From assembly GCF_009914755.1 (NCBI RefSeq), contig NC_060925.1: DNA of 64,000 nt; one strand, given 5' to 3'. Below are positions 49,161 through 63,657 of this stretch, in pieces (position 1 is the first letter of the stretch; every line of letters begins with the position of its first letter). The translations under genes and the position numbers were made by a program. Source of the DNA: the human T2T-CHM13v2.0 reference genome, Homo sapiens. Under the pieces are notes generated by a model. That model saw only the letters and a program-made list of their open reading frames with translations, did no database searches and had not been told where the DNA came from.

Positions 49161-52100
49161 AAAGGTAAACATCAGCCTGTATCCTCCAATGCAATGGGAT
49201 CCCAGCAGGTCCTCTGGGCCACAGGGTCCACAGGAAACTCCAGGCCCAGTCGGCAAAGCAGCCTTCTGGGCTAAAAGGTCACCACCATGCTAAGTCCTCC
49301 GCCACCGCCCAGGCCTCAGCTTCTTTCACCCTCCACCAAAGGCTGTCTCAAGTCTTTGTTCTACAAAGGAAGCCCCAGCTGGTAGAAGAGCTGACTTCAG
49401 ATCAGCTCAAATCTCCCTTCATCTCCAAGGCTTCGGCCTGTGTTTAGCAACGGGGAGCCTTTCTTGGCTCTCTGCTGCCAACAGCCATGAAAGAAAAGGC
49501 AGTGTGGCAGCTGTAAGGGTAGCTGGGGTGGAAGCCTCGAGTCTCGGTTCCCATCCCGGCAGAGGGCCGAGTTACCCCAGCAAGATATGGGTCAGGCTGC
49601 CACCTAGTGTTCAAGTCAACGTGTAGCAGGAAGGCCTAGCATGCCACTAACTGAGCAGCAAATAGGTGACAGAGGGATAACCGAAAGCCTGCAAAGAAGC
49701 CAGAATTCAGAGAGGAGCGCACCGTCCTGAACCAGAGAGAGAATGTGTTTCAGGTGGTGAAGACAGACAGCGAAGCTACTGATCAGCCGGTGGCAGAGGC
49801 CAACAAAACAACCTGCACACAGGGCTACAGTTACAAGGCATTTTTACCTGTATTTTCTCTCATGCCATCCTTTGGGTTAATTATTATGGTTTTCCCGATT
49901 TTACAGACGTGTCTTCTCCCTGGAAAGTTCAAAAGACTTGTTCAAGTCAGTAGCCTGTTAGATGGCAGAGCTGGGATTTGAAAAGGGATCTTCATACTTT
50001 GGGAGGTGGGGGTGGGGTGGGAGCACTGAGTTTCACATCAGGAGGAAGGGGAACAGCTGAAGGCAGAGTAGCCATGACGAGTGGGGCTCTGGGCAGAGCT
50101 AAACGATAGGGACCTGTGCCCAGCGGACCTTAAGTTACAGGGTTAGGCTGGGAGCTGAGAAACAACCACCACTGCCCAGATGTGTGCAGTGCCTGCTGGG
50201 CCTTGAGCAGAGTTTGCCAGTGAGACAAGCTCTAGAAAGTCCTGCACAAGAGCCAGGACAGGCACTGGCACCAGATCTTAGGGGGTCTGGGGAGGAAAGT
50301 CCACAAGGATGACTGCCAAGATGGCCAGTGACAGGCCCAGTGGCCTGCTGACCAGAGGCTAAAACGGGGAACGGAAACCAGAGAAATGCACCAGTGAGGG
50401 CTCCTGAGAGCAGGTTAAGACCAGGGGAATCCAGCCCTGGCACCTCCTGGTAGGAGTACAGGGAGGCAGGAGGAGAGAAAAATCCAGTCAGCTCTCCTGC
50501 TGGCAGACACTGGCTTGGAAGGGAGACCAAGGACTGACTGGGGATGCTGCCAGTGGGGAATGGGTAGGTAGAACTGACTTCTGTTCAGAGCCCCCAGGTG
50601 AGAAACAGCAAATGTGTTTTCTTTTCACCTCCCCAGACTGTGCCAGTAAATGTGTGGGGGCAGCACCTGGGGGCCAGGCAAAGGATCTCTGCAGAGATGG
50701 GTGCTGGGTCCTGGGTCCACATGTCAGCCAAGACAGTTGGTCTTCAGATGGTTTAGGATAAGGACTCTGTGCTTGGTACAGTTTTCTACCTCAGCCCCTT
50801 CCTGGTGGCTCTCTTTTGTTTTGCTTTTCTTTTGGTTTTCCAAATAAAGTTTCCTTTGAAAAAAATCACCCCCACTCCTGTTTTTTTTTCTGAACACAAA
50901 GGCAGAATCATTTGTTCCCACGCAGTGCAAGATAACGAACCATACAGAAAATCCCGAAGGGCCCAGGCTTAGAGTTTGAGTTGGATGAGAGGTGAGCTGG
51001 GGCAGGGAGAGAAAGCAACTAAAGAAGGCTGGCCACGTGCGGCCTGGGCTGCTGGCAACGTCACTCCCTTGGCCCTCAGAGACCTCTGCAGTCCCACACC
51101 CTCTTCCCGCTCAGTGCACTGGCGACCCCTTTCTTTTCCCTGCATACTCAGGATCTCCTTGCTTTTCCACTCAGACTACCTTAAAATTTTTCTTAAAAAA
51201 AAAATCTTGCTATACTAGTAAGAGAGGCCCAGCATGGGAAAGTCAGGAAAGAATATAATGAAGATAACATCAATCACATTACTTTTGAATTAATTAAAAA
51301 TAAACAACCTAATCTCATCTTTGATGACTAGTAGGTTCCTCCCACTTCCTTTCCCAGCCACTAAAGGGTCACTGGTGCTAGGGTGCCTCCCATACAGTGG
51401 GGGCTCAGCCCATGCTCGCTGGGTGGCCGATTGTTGACTGGTGCTCTGTGAGCTCCAAGTTTCCTGTAAACATTAGAAAATACAGCATGGGTTTTGGGTG
51501 GCAGCTACTCTGGGGCATACTGGCTGGGGAACTGGCAGAATTCCACAGGCTGGTTTTTCTCAAGTTAACTGGTGGCTTCCTGCCATGACAACAAGCTCAG
51601 CCCTGTGGGAAGTGGGTTTGGATGGTGCTTCTGGATCACCTCAGCGTGAGTCAATCCTGGGAGGGGTTGGTCTGTCAGCAGTCAGATGTTGGGTACCTAC
51701 TGTGTACCAGGCACTGGGGATGCAAAGATGGAGGTCCCTGGAGACAGGCTCCACAAACTAACTGGAATTTAATCTGGACTTAGATACAAAACACTGGGAG
51801 GGCAAAAAGGGAGGCGTCTGTGAGTGGATCAGTCTCCAGGAAGGCTTCATAGAAGAGGTGACCTGAGAGGTGGGCCTTGAAAAGTGAGTAGGGTATAGTA
51901 GTAGGTTGTGGGGCCTCAGGGGTAGGTGAGGTGAGAAGAATCTATTCTAGGAAAAATGAATAAAAACAGCGATCTGGAGTTATGATGGTTTAAAGTGTAT
52001 CCTGGAAACAATCAGCAGGACCTTCTGTGGCTCACATTTTCAAATCTGTGCCACACTGTGCAAGAGAGTGGCTGCTGTCCCAGAGACCCCATGTAAGCTG

Positions 52101-53084
52101 CCAGCTGCCCCTGAGCTGCGGTGGGCCCTCTCCTTGCTCCTCCATGTGTCTCTTGAGTTTATCTAGCAGGGAACAGGCATGTCTGTGTGTGCTGTCCAGG
52201 CCCAGTTCCAATGCCCCTTCCTTGAAGCCTTTGGGATTCTCTCTAGACACATGTGGGTGCTTTCATCACACCCTGTCCTTGTTGCTGTTATGGCCCTGTC
52301 CACACTGATGGTAACTGTTTTCTTCACTAGGTCTGCGTGTTCCTCACAGGCAGGAAATGTGCTTGGTCTGTCCCAGCATCTAGATTCTCAGCATCTGGTA
52401 CTGGATCTCACGTAGAGCATACAATTAAGTGTTTGTTAATTCTTAAATTTGCTCTAGGGACACATCCCCATCTCTCTGCAGATGCAGGCTCAGTTTTCCC
52501 ATCTACACCCATTTTAGGGATGAAAGGAGGACTCTAAACAGTGATGGTCTGATGGAAGATAAGAACATCCAGGGTAGATTGTCCTCATCAACCCCAATTA
52601 GAACTTGATTGAGAAGGTCACAATCCAGTCTTCTGTAATGACAGCCCATTATTTAATTGACTGAAGCAGGTTTTGTCTGGCAGCTTGACAAGTCATACTG
52701 CACGGCCTCTCCCACTCCACCTACAGGGCTAATATGTGACAGATTTAGGTGGTAAATGCTTGAAATGCCTTGAAGATTCTGCTCCAGCCAGCAACCTTGC
52801 TGTGACAAGGGCGGGCCCTGATGACAAATAGTGGCCTGATTACTGGACTCATTGTTCCCAAAATGGGCCTTGGGAGGCTGCCCAGTGGCTGAAACAGCTG
52901 CTGAACTGCCCACCATGGACTGGGAGAAGATGAGAAGCACGTCTCCTGGGTTCACGTCCTGTTGCTTCACTGACCCCATTTAGTAACCTTGACCTTGGCT
53001 TTTCAGATGAGTAGCCAAATGAAGATGAGAAACATTTTAAAAAATCTCTAATTCTTATAAGGGAGTTTTGTGGTGATGACCTTT

Positions 53085-53200
53085 CAAGGAAGGATGGCTG
53101 AATGAATGGATAAACAGAGGGATGGATTTGGTGGATGGACAGGCAGTGAAGCATCAAATGATGGACATATGGATGGTAGAATAAATGGATGAATGGATAG
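53085..53200. repeat. Degenerate (TGGA)n simple repeat
   Basis: Directly visible. Confidence 0.8.
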
Positions 53201-55799
53201 AAAGCCAACCTGTGCTGGCTTGTGTCCTAGAGACATAAAGTGTGCCCTCCGAGGACAGTGCGGGTGGGTGCTGCTGGGGGATTCTACTGCAGTAGTGCGT
53301 TTGTTTTTAATTTCTGAGAGCAATTTTTGAAGGGTTGCTATGTGTAGTTGAAAAGCTATGTGCAAAGCATAACTCTTCCATATATTTTTCAGAAAACAGC
53401 AATGAAGTGAATGCAACTGATGCCTCCTCAAAAGTTTGCTACCTGCCAAGACTTTCAAGCATGAAAATATCTTTATTTTTCCCTTTTAAAATTGATGGGT
53501 AGGCCATATGGGAGAGAGGGAAATACTGACAAAGAGGGCACCTCAAGAAAAGCATGCCTATAAAAATAATGTGACAAACAATGAAACAACACACAAACAG
53601 TTTGACAGATAAGAGAGCAAAGGATCACCACACGCCCGTGATTCTAGAGCAAGTGGTGACTTTAGTGTGTGGCTGTGCTCATGCATATGGACCTTACACA
53701 ACTGCAATCAGCATCTGCATACCTACACCCAGTAACCTGCTTTCTCTACCTAATATGATATAATGAGCATTTTTCTATATTGCTACATAGTCTTTATAAT
53801 TACTTTAAATGACTGTATAATATTCCATTCATTATATCACTGCTGAATATTTAGGTTGCTTGTAGTTTTTCCTTTGCTCATTTTTATGAATTAACAAATG
53901 TAAAGTATTTCACCCACTACCTTCAAATTATATATACTTGGTCGGCACTTTATTTCCTTCCCGTTCTGCCCCTTTATATAAATAAAGAAAAGTATGAAAG
54001 ATTCATATATGAGCTTTTCTTTAGGGTAAATGTATTAAGATAAATATTGAGTTCAAGATTTAAATAATTGTATGGCTTTTCACACATACTGATGTCATGT
54101 TACTTCTATTAATAACAATGATAATAAGTAGCCTACAGTTACACATATTATCTCATAAAATTCTTTCAGCATCTCTAAGAAGTAGCTAGTACCTTATTTT
54201 AGATGAGAAACCAGGGGCTCACAAATTTGCATAATTTGTGTCTCTCCCTTATTTACGGCATCTGGCACAATGTGTGGTGCATAGAATCACTTCAATAAAT
54301 ATTTGTTGAATGAAGTCTGTAAGCAGGGATTCCATGATTCAAATCCAATCCAGATTTATTTCACTTCAAAACATGTGCTTTTCCCCTTAAACCTTGCCAA
54401 CTGGCTGTTGACATGCATTTGGTGGGGGTAGAGATGCAAGTGTTGCCACACCTTTTAATTAAGGACTCAGATCTAGTGGAGCATCCACTCAGGCTCAGGG
54501 CAAACATAGGGGAGCTAGGGTGCTATGGGTGGGAGTTGAGGACCTAAGATATAGTTACTCTAGAATTGTACCTACTTGGCTTTTTCCATAACTCACCCAT
54601 GTGGAGCTACTATATAGTTCTAAGACCAATGGCCTAAGAGAGTGGTCCTAAGTTCTTGGTGACCACATTCAATTCAGAGGTTTTGCTGTTGTTTTGTAGC
54701 TTTGTGATCAGATGTCCTGATTATGCATTTACAGAAACACTGTCCTCATTGGAATCAGTCTCTAACAGCCAACTCTATGAGCTGAGGAGGTAGAGTATCC
54801 TCCTGAACTGAGTTGCCTTCAGCGATGTCCTTCCTATTTTCAGAGGATAATGAAAGGTGATCTGTCATCCCATACAGCACCAGCCTTAAGAATCTTGAGT
54901 AGTCATTTCCTAAGGTCATGTCTTCCTGGCATTAGGCAGAAACCTGTGTCCTATTTCTGTCACATAGGATGTATGAGATGAGTGTCAGAATGGTTCTTCA
55001 GAGGCGCTTTAAGGAATAAAGTCTATCCCCTGATGCTGTCTGGCCAGGAAGAGGCTGTAGAGGTTGATGGTAGGGCTGGCCTCAGGGATGCAAAAGAGAA
55101 TTAATGTGGTTAGGGATTCCTGTGTGCTGGGAATCGAAGAGGTACTTTAACCTCTGAACATCTTTAGAGGACACTGTGGAGAAATAGCAGAGACTGGAGA
55201 GGGAAAACTCAGGAGGTGATCACATTTAGGAGGTACTAGGAAAAGGAGTCACTTGAAGGAAGCAGGAACCAGAGATGGTCACAGAGCTATATAAGATCCA
55301 TGTCTCTCATGGCCAGGCCTCCCAGTCAATTCCACTCCCATGTACTGAGCACTTCCTATGTATACCTGCTCCATTCAGCCCTGGGAATACAGTCATGAAT
55401 GAGAAATGCACCTGTTCACAAGAAAATTCCACACTCTACCTGGGAGACAGAAGCACAAAACAAAAACAACAAAAAACACAGCATGACAGATATTCTGTTA
55501 GTGATATAACAAAGGAAGAGAGGAGACGTCAGGTTCTGTGAACACTTCAAAGAAAAAATAATGTTTGAACCTCACCTTGAAGCATGGATGAGGGATGAAC
55601 TGGTATAGGAGGGTTGGCAAAGCATATTGGTCAGAGGGAAAAGCAAAGTCCCAGAAGCTTAGAAGGACATGGAATAATCCAGCCTTGTGGGGAAGAAGGT
55701 GGTTTCCAATGGAGGGAATGTCAAAAGTGGCAAAGGCTTGTAAGAGGCTAAGCAGGAAGAAAAGGTTGCAACCAGAGTCAATAGTGACTGCAACCTCGA

Positions 55800-55905
55800 T
55801 TGTGTGTGTGTGCACGCGTGTGTGCCCCTCTGCTTGTGTGTGTATGCTGATGCATGGCTATGAGTGTCTGTGTGTGTATGTGTGACTATGAGTGTGTCTC
55901 TGTGT
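55800..55905. repeat. Degenerate (TG)n repeat
   Basis: Directly visible. Confidence 0.8.
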
Positions 55906-57476
55906 ATACCGAAGATGTGAGTAAGTAGAGGCTCCTCTATTTATTCCTTTAAAAGGATGTTCATTAAGCACCTATCACATGCTAGGCACTGGGAGAAGGG
56001 AGGTGAATTAGAAAGACACAGACCCCTACACTGAGGGAACTCACACTCTAATGGGGAAGGCAGGCAAGGCACTAATAAACAAAGAAAAGTACAGCACGAT
56101 AAGTGTGAGGAAGGAAATAGTCATGATGATGTGACACAGCATAATCATGGAGGCAGGGTACACCTTCAGGTAGCCAGGCCAGAAGGCCTCTCCCAAAAGG
56201 AGGCGTTTGAGCAGAGCCCTGAGGATGAGAAAGGGGATTATAGGCAGAGGGAACATTTAGAACAAACAGGAACAACTTGGTGCACATGAAAAGGACAAAA
56301 GAGGCTGTCAGTAGGGCTTGAGTGTAGCCAGCGAGGGCCAAAGAGGCAGGAGACGACTTTTAGTGAGTTTGAATCTTATTCTAAGAGCAGAGAAAAGCTG
56401 TTGAAGAATTTTAAGCAGGGAAAACATACTCCTAGATTTTTAAACGAGTCCTCTGGATGCTACATGGAGCTTGAACAGGAAGGGCCAAGAGTAGGAGCTG
56501 AGGGACTACCTTGAGGGGCTACTGCCATGGCCCAGGTTAAAGGGATGGTGGCAGAGGAGACAGAGAGAAGGTGGGCAGCTTCAAAATAGATTTGGCAATG
56601 GAGTGAAGAGGACTCGAAGTGGGGGAAAGGGGTGAGGGAAAAAGAAGAAGCAGGGGTGACATCTGGGTTTGGGGCGTGATCCAAACAAGCATAGAATCTT
56701 CTTAAGAATTTTGTGTCCTGTGTTCTGGACATCTCTCCAGACTAGACTCTGCTCCTGTGGCAAGGCTGTGGTGAGGCAATTGTGGGGGAGCTAATGTGGT
56801 TAGGGCTTTCTTTTGGTTCTGCAAGATCAAAGAGATGACTTTGCCCAGGGCTCCTCTGAGAACTGCCAGAAGTTTGCAAAGCTGGCTCCTGCCTGAGTAG
56901 TTAGCTCATGCTCTTAGTGCCAGGGATAAATGGAGACTACTTTGATTTATTCAACCTGTATTTATTAAGCAGTTGCTGTGTGCCCAACCCTGTTCTAGGT
57001 TCTGGGAATACAGTCGTGAACAAAACATACAAAAAAACCTACCCTCACATAGCTTTATAGTTGAGTGGTCTAACAATAGGTACAATAAGAAATAAACAGT
57101 GTCAAAGAGATACAAGAGTTATGAGAAAAGGTGGGGAGGAGGGGTAGGGAGTGCTGAAGGCAGGTGGAGGGGTGGGGACTGAGAATGGAAATATGGGAGG
57201 AATGTCAGGCTACGGAGTGTTCAGGGACTACTCCACAGAGCAGCCTTTCTGGGGCTACTGTGGCTAAAGGGGCATCGGCCACTGCCTGCAGTCAGGGTCG
57301 ACACATCATATTTGCTTTCTTCTTAGTGCTTACCGCACTCCGTGATAAGCTTGTTTATTTATTTGTTTGCTAGTTTATTACTTTTTCAAATCAGATGAAT
57401 TTTGGTATGATTCTGATAGGTGTAAGTTTTGGGAAAAGATGAAAATGGTGGTTGGGTTGGGATTGTGAAACGCTAG

Positions 57477-57876
57477 TGTTAAATCAAGTTTAGCCTAAAA
57501 CTGCCTTCTTATATATTGTAAGTTCAGCCTAAAGGTTTCCTGTACATCGTGAATTATAACCTAAATGGAGTTTTACACAGACCGTAGCCTACTCTTGAGT
57601 CAATCACTGAGTTTTGGCCAGTTGAAGGTGGCCAACTATTCACACTGTGTTCAAATACTGCAAAGACCAAGCTGTAACCAATTCAGCTGTTTCTGTACCT
57701 CATTTCTGTTTTCTGTATGTCACTTTCCTTTTTCTGTTCATAAATCTTCTTCCCCAACGTGGCTGTGCTAGAGTCTCTGAGCCTACTGTGGCTTAGGAGT
57801 CTCCCCAATTAGCACATTGTTCTTTGCTCAATTACCGTCCTTTAAATTAAATTCAGCTGAATTTTTTCTTTTAACA
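57477..57876 (+). mobile_element. MER57-family ERV1 solo LTR
   Basis: tgttaaatcaagtttagcctaaa ... tttcttttaaca; TSD ctag/ccag. Confidence 0.8.
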
Positions 57877-60169
57877 CCAGCAACGACCTAAGGAGCTGAG
57901 CTCAAATTTGGAAGATGCTAGACCTGGATATTGGGTTCACATTTTGAACCTAGTCCTGGGTTCAAGTTGCAGAGGCTCTTCTGATTGGAGTAGAAGGGAA
58001 GTATCCTGATGGAAGGGGGGTTTGGAGAAACAATTTGGATTGGAGACCCTGAGGACTGGGTGAGCTGGGTGGACTTTTCTCCTTTCTTGATCTGAGCAGG
58101 ACACAGGAAGGCAGGGTTTCAAAATAGGGTTGCTGTTGAGTTAGAGCCTGGCTTGTTCCTGATCCAGTGCTAAGAACCTTAGAGTTCAGAGAAAAGGGAC
58201 CCCTGCCCCTGCACTGACCTTAATCCTGTCATCCCATCTCTAGCAAGTTGTGACAGACTTTCCTATAAGAACCTCAGCTAGGGAGGAGTACCCTTAATCA
58301 GCAACCGAAACTCTGTGCAGGTGTTAATTATGTCCATGCAGCTGACAGGTGATTATATCTTTCCCTCATTAAAGATGAGGGGAGTTCAAGGGCCCCCTTC
58401 TGTTCCCTGGGTCCTCCCTGCCTTCTAGAGGAGGCTGAGGGTTGGGGTGGGGCCCAGCTCTGTGGAGGTTGGGTGGAAGACCTGGTATGCAGAGCCCTGG
58501 GGAGTTCAGAGAGCCTGCTCTGCCATTAAGGGCATAGAGGAAATGGCCCAATCTCAGACTCATGGGAAGAAGGAGGCAGCGGATGACCCTCTCAGAGCAC
58601 TGGACTCTGGAAGGTGGTCTCAGCAGGAAGGAAAGAGTCCTTCTTGCTGGTGGTGCCACTGGTCCAACCCGCTTATCTTGTTCTGAGCATTTTAAAAATT
58701 ATTTCCGTCTTACACACATGATAGAGAAATACACACATACATATTGCTTATCACAGGCTTTGGGGGTAGTGACTTAGGAGAAAAGAGGTGTAAAAGAACA
58801 GCATAAGATTGGGATGGGGGAGTTTAAAGTTACCATTCTTATTAATTGACCCTTGGTTATGTGATTCTGACCAAGTCAGTTAGACTGTATTGAACTGTCC
58901 ACATCTGGGAAAAGAGTATTGTTTTTAAAAAATCATGTTTTATTATTAATACTTACATTTGTTGTGAAGAACTGCAATGATACTCATGGCAGTTATATGT
59001 AAACTTAATAGTGCTATCCGAACATAATGTCTAGAACTATCATTAAACTGTAGTACCCTTATTGGAGTGGACTTTTATAGAAACAGAACTGGGCAGGTGT
59101 AACAGGTTCTAGACATTAAAAAAATTTGTTTTGAGTCAGCATCTTCTGGGTGGGCCAGAAAACTGCCAGAACCCTTCCAGGCTAGTCTGTGATTTTGAAG
59201 TGCAAAAAGCAGGCAGAGGCATTTCTCAGGACAGTCAGTGCAACGCTCATGGAGGCCTGCATGGAGCCCCCATACATGACCATATATGTCAGGACATGAC
59301 CTCTGGCTCAAATGCCAGCTCCACCACTTGTTAGCTGTTTGACCTTAGGCAAGTTTCTTCATATCTTTGTGTCTCAGTTTCTTCACCTGAAAAATTGGGG
59401 TAATTATTTTTCTCTCTCTCACTTTGGGGGTTGGAATGGGGAATTGAATGAAAGCATTATATAAAGTGCTTTGCATGGTGGTTGCACATGGGACTTACAG
59501 GGAATTCTTGAACTTGATTTTCAGGTTCTGATTTCTCAAAGCCTTCTCTCTGTAACCCTTCCCCCAGAGGGAGAGATTCTGCCTCTTTCTACCCCTGCAG
59601 ACTCCCCCAGAGCAGAAGCAGAAGGGCCTAGCTGGCACATGAGACGGGAAGACTGAGGAATTAAGAGTGTGGGGAATGGACGGGCCCTTAGACATCAGCT
59701 AGTCCCATCCTGTATTTCACAAATGAGGGACCATGCAAAGCACTTTACATAATTCTTTTATTTAATGTCCAGAAAGGCAGATGCCCAAACAAGGGCTCAG
59801 GACAAGTTAGTGGGAAAGCCTAGAAAAGGACCTGGGTTGCCCAGCAGTCCACCCCACCTGGGTCTTTCATATTTTATAATTTATCTTCAAGGGATTCTAC
59901 CTCTGTGGCTGTCGGAGAGCCCCAAAGCCCCTGGCCCAGGTAGTTTGACACCTGGGAGGGCAGGCCCAAGGGGTGAGGCAGCGTTTTCCAAGATCCACAG
60001 GCGCTCCCTGCTGGCCACGGGCTAAAGGTGGTGCCTTGAACTGTGCTCAGGTCCACTCCGGAGAGGGCTGTGCCCGGAGCTGCTGGGTACCCTGGGCTAG
60101 TAACTGTGACATGTTTTTAGATGTTCAGTATTCCAGTTTGCTGTACTATTTAAAAATAGATTGAAATAA

Positions 60170-61260
60170 TAATAAAAAGTGTTTTTATATTTACTCACAT
60201 AATTACCATTTCAAGTGCTCTTCATCCCTTGGTATAACTCCAGATTTCCATCTGATATCATTTTCCTTCTGCCTAAAAGGCTTCCTGTAAGATTTCTTGT
60301 AGTTCAAGGTTGTTGGTGATGAATTCTGTCAGCATTTGAATGTCTTAAGAAGTATTTTCTTTTTCTTCATTTTGAAAGATATTTTCCCTGGGTACAAAGT
60401 TCTAGGTTGACAATTCTTTCAGTAATTTAAAAATATTGGTCTGCCATCTTCTGACTTGGGTCATTTCTGACAAGAAACCTGCTATTACTCTACTCTTTCT
60501 TTGTCTGTACATAACGTGTTTTTTCCTCCCTCTGGCTGCTTTTAAGATTTTTTTTTAATCACTAGTTTTCAGCAATTTAATTATGATGTGCCTCGGTTTT
60601 AATTTTTAAAAATATTCATTGTGCTTAGGGATCATTGAGATTCTTAGATGTATAGTTTTTCTATTTTAAAAAATCAAATTTGGAAATTTGGGGTGATTAT
60701 TTCTTCAAGTTGTTTTTCTCCCATTTCCACTCCATCTTCTCCTTTAGGGACTCCAATTACATGTATATCAGGCTGCATGAAGATGTCCTATGTTTGCTTA
60801 ACTTATTCTTCAGTTTTTGTTTCCTCTCCTTCATTTTAGATGGTTTCTATTGTTATGTGTTTGACTCACTAATCATCACTTCTGCAGTGTTTAAAATGCT
60901 GTTAATCCCATTCAGTTATTCTTCTCTTCAGACATTTTAGTTTTCATTTCAAGAAGTTTGATTTGGCTTTGTTTTCTCTCTCTCATGTCCCTGCTTAATC
61001 TTTTCTGCTAGTGTTTTGGACATATGAAACACGATTATATTAACTTTTAGAACATCCTCATTTAGAACCTATTTTTAGATAGGGTCTTGCTTAGTTGCTC
61101 AGGCTGGTCTTGAACTCCTAGCTTCAAGCAATTCTCCTTTCTTGACCTCCCACAGTGCTGGAATTACAGCCATGAGCCATCACACCTGGCCCTCATCTAC
61201 TATTTCTGTCATCTGTCATCATTGGTCATTTCTGGGTCAATATCAGTTGATTTATTTTTC
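60170..61260 (-). mobile_element. Ancient L1M fragment (resumes at ~63160-63640), containing an Alu monomer at ~61070-61190
   Basis: T-rich L1M words (ttgaaagatattttc, tttaattatgatgtgcct, gggactccaattacatgtat); FLAM-like reverse monomer. Confidence 0.6.
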
Positions 61261-61269
61261 TCTTTACCT

Positions 61270-63160
61270 TTTTATTTTTTAATTTTATTTTAGTTTAAGG
61301 GGTACATGTGCAGGTTTGTTTAATAGATAAGTGGTGTGTTGTGGGGGTTTGTTGTACATATTATTTTGTCACTCAGATAATAATCATAGTATCTGATGGT
61401 TTTTCAATCCTCACCCTCCTGCTACCCTCTTGCATTAAGTAGGCCCTGGTGTCTATTGTTCTCTTCCTTGTGTCCATGTGTACTCAGTGTTCAGCTCTCA
61501 CTTATAAGTGAGAATATGTGGTGTTTGGTTTTCTGTTCTTGCATTAGTTTGCTTAGGATAATGGCCCCCAATTCCATCCATGTCGCTGCAAAGACATGAT
61601 CTTGTTCTTTTCTATGGCTGAGAAGTATTCCATGGTGTATATGCACCACATTTTCTTTATCCAGTTGGTCGTTGATGGGCATTTAGGTGGATTCCATGTC
61701 TTTGCTATTGTGGATAGTGCTGCGATGAACATATGCGTGCATGTGTCTTTATGGTAGAATAATTTATCTTCCTTTGGGTATATATCTATATCTATAAGTG
61801 TTCCCTTCTCTCAACAACCTTGCCAGCATCTGTTAACTTTTTGACTTTTTAATAATAGCCATTCTAACTGGTGTGAGATGGTATCTCACTGTGGTTTTGA
61901 TTTGCATTTCTCTAATGACTAGTGATGATGAATATTTTTTTCATATGCTTTTTGGCCATGTATATGTCTTCTTTTGAAAATTGTCTGTTCATGTCCTTTG
62001 CCCATTTTTTAATGGGGTTGTTTTTTGCTTGTTAATTTCTTTATAGATTCTGGATATTAGACCTTTGTCAAATGCATAGTTTGCAAATATTTTCTCCTAT
62101 TATGTTGGTTGTCTATTTACTCTGTTGATAGTTTCTTTTGCTATGCAGAAGCTCTTTAGTTTAATTAGGTTCCACTTACCAATTTTTGTTTTGGTTGCAA
62201 TTGCTTTTTGTGTCTTTGTCATAAAATCTTTGCCAGGGCCTATGTCCAGAATAGTATTTCCTAGGTTTTCTTCAAGGGTGTTTATAGTTTTAGGTTTTAC
62301 ATTGATGTCTTTAATTCATCTTGAGTTGATTTTTATATATGGTGTAAGGAAGGGGTCTAGTTTCAATCTTCTGTATATGGCTAGCCAGTTATCCCAGCAC
62401 CATTTATTGAAGATAAATGGTTGAAGATCAGATAGTTGTAGCTGTGTAGCTTTATTTCTGGGCTCTCTATTCTGTTCCTTTGGTCTATGTGTCTATTTTT
62501 ACCTGTACCATGTTGTTTTGGTTACTGTAGCCTTATAGTACAGTTTGAAGTCAGATAATATGATTCCTCCAGGTTTCTTCTTTCTGCCTAGGATTGTTTT
62601 GGCTATTTGGGCTTTTTTTTTTTTTGTTTTACATGAATTTTAGAATTTTTTTTCTAATTCTGACCCTGGTAGTTTGATAGGAATAGCATTGAATCTGTAA
62701 ATTGCTTTGGGCAGTATGGCCATTTTAACAATATTGATTCTTCCTATCCATGAGCATGAAATGTTTTTCCATTTGTTTGTGTCATGTCTGATTTCTTTCA
62801 GCAGTGTTTCCTAACTCTCATTGTAGAGGTCTTGCACCTCTGTTTAGCTGTATTTGTAGGTGTTTTTTTGTTTTGCTTTGTTTTGTGTGTGTGTGGCTAT
62901 TGTGAATGGGATTTGTGTTCTTGATTTGGCATTCAGCTTGGACATTATTGGTGTATAGAAATGCTACTGATTTTTGTGTACTGATTTTGTATCTAGAAGC
63001 TTTGCTGAAGTTGTTTATCAGATCTAGCTTTTGGGCTGTGACTATGGGATTTTCTAGGTATAAAATTATATCACCTGCAGAGATAGTCTGACCTCCTGTC
63101 TTCCTATTTGGATGCCTTTTATTTCTTTCTCTTGCCTGCTTGCTCTGGTTAGGACTTCCT
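61270..63160 (-). mobile_element. 5'-truncated older L1PA with internal deletions
   Basis: ORF2-end remnant (TWMELGAIILSKLMQEQKTKHHIFSLIS), 3'UTR, T-rich tail, possible TSD ctcttta. Confidence 0.82.
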
Positions 63161-63657
63161 CTCTTTATTATGTATTATATTTTCCTTCTTTTCATGCCTG
63201 GTAATTTTTTATGGATACCACACATTGTGAATTTTACCATTTGAATGGCTGGATATATTTTTGTTTCTATAAATAAGAAACAAAAGTTAAGTTACTTGGA
63301 AACAGTTTGGTCCTTCAAATTTTGCTTTTTAAGATATGATGGGTGGCACCAGAGCAGTGTTTAGTTTAGGACCAATTTTACTACACCACTGAGGCAAAAC
63401 CTTTCTGAGTACTCTACCCAGTATCCAATAAATTATGATGTTTTCTACTCTAGCTGTTAGGAACAGGGGTTCTTCCTAACTCGGGGTGATCCTGGGATTA
63501 TTCGCTTTCATTCCTGCAGGGAGGTCCATCCTCTGCCTCAGGTAGTTTCCTCACATACAGGTGCTGATCATAACTCAGCTAAGGATCTGAGGGGAGGCTG
63601 TTCCTGATTGTCAGGGCTCCCCTGCCCCCTTCTCTCTCTAGCTCTTGCCTTGCTAGG

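Noticed and set aside
50600-50760. Good splice-acceptor-like sequence (ttttcttttcacctccccag) suggesting a plus-strand exon or decayed EDC gene
   Set aside because: No recognisable S100/LCE/SPRR-like coding sequence or convincing donor. A lncRNA exon cannot be supported from sequence alone.
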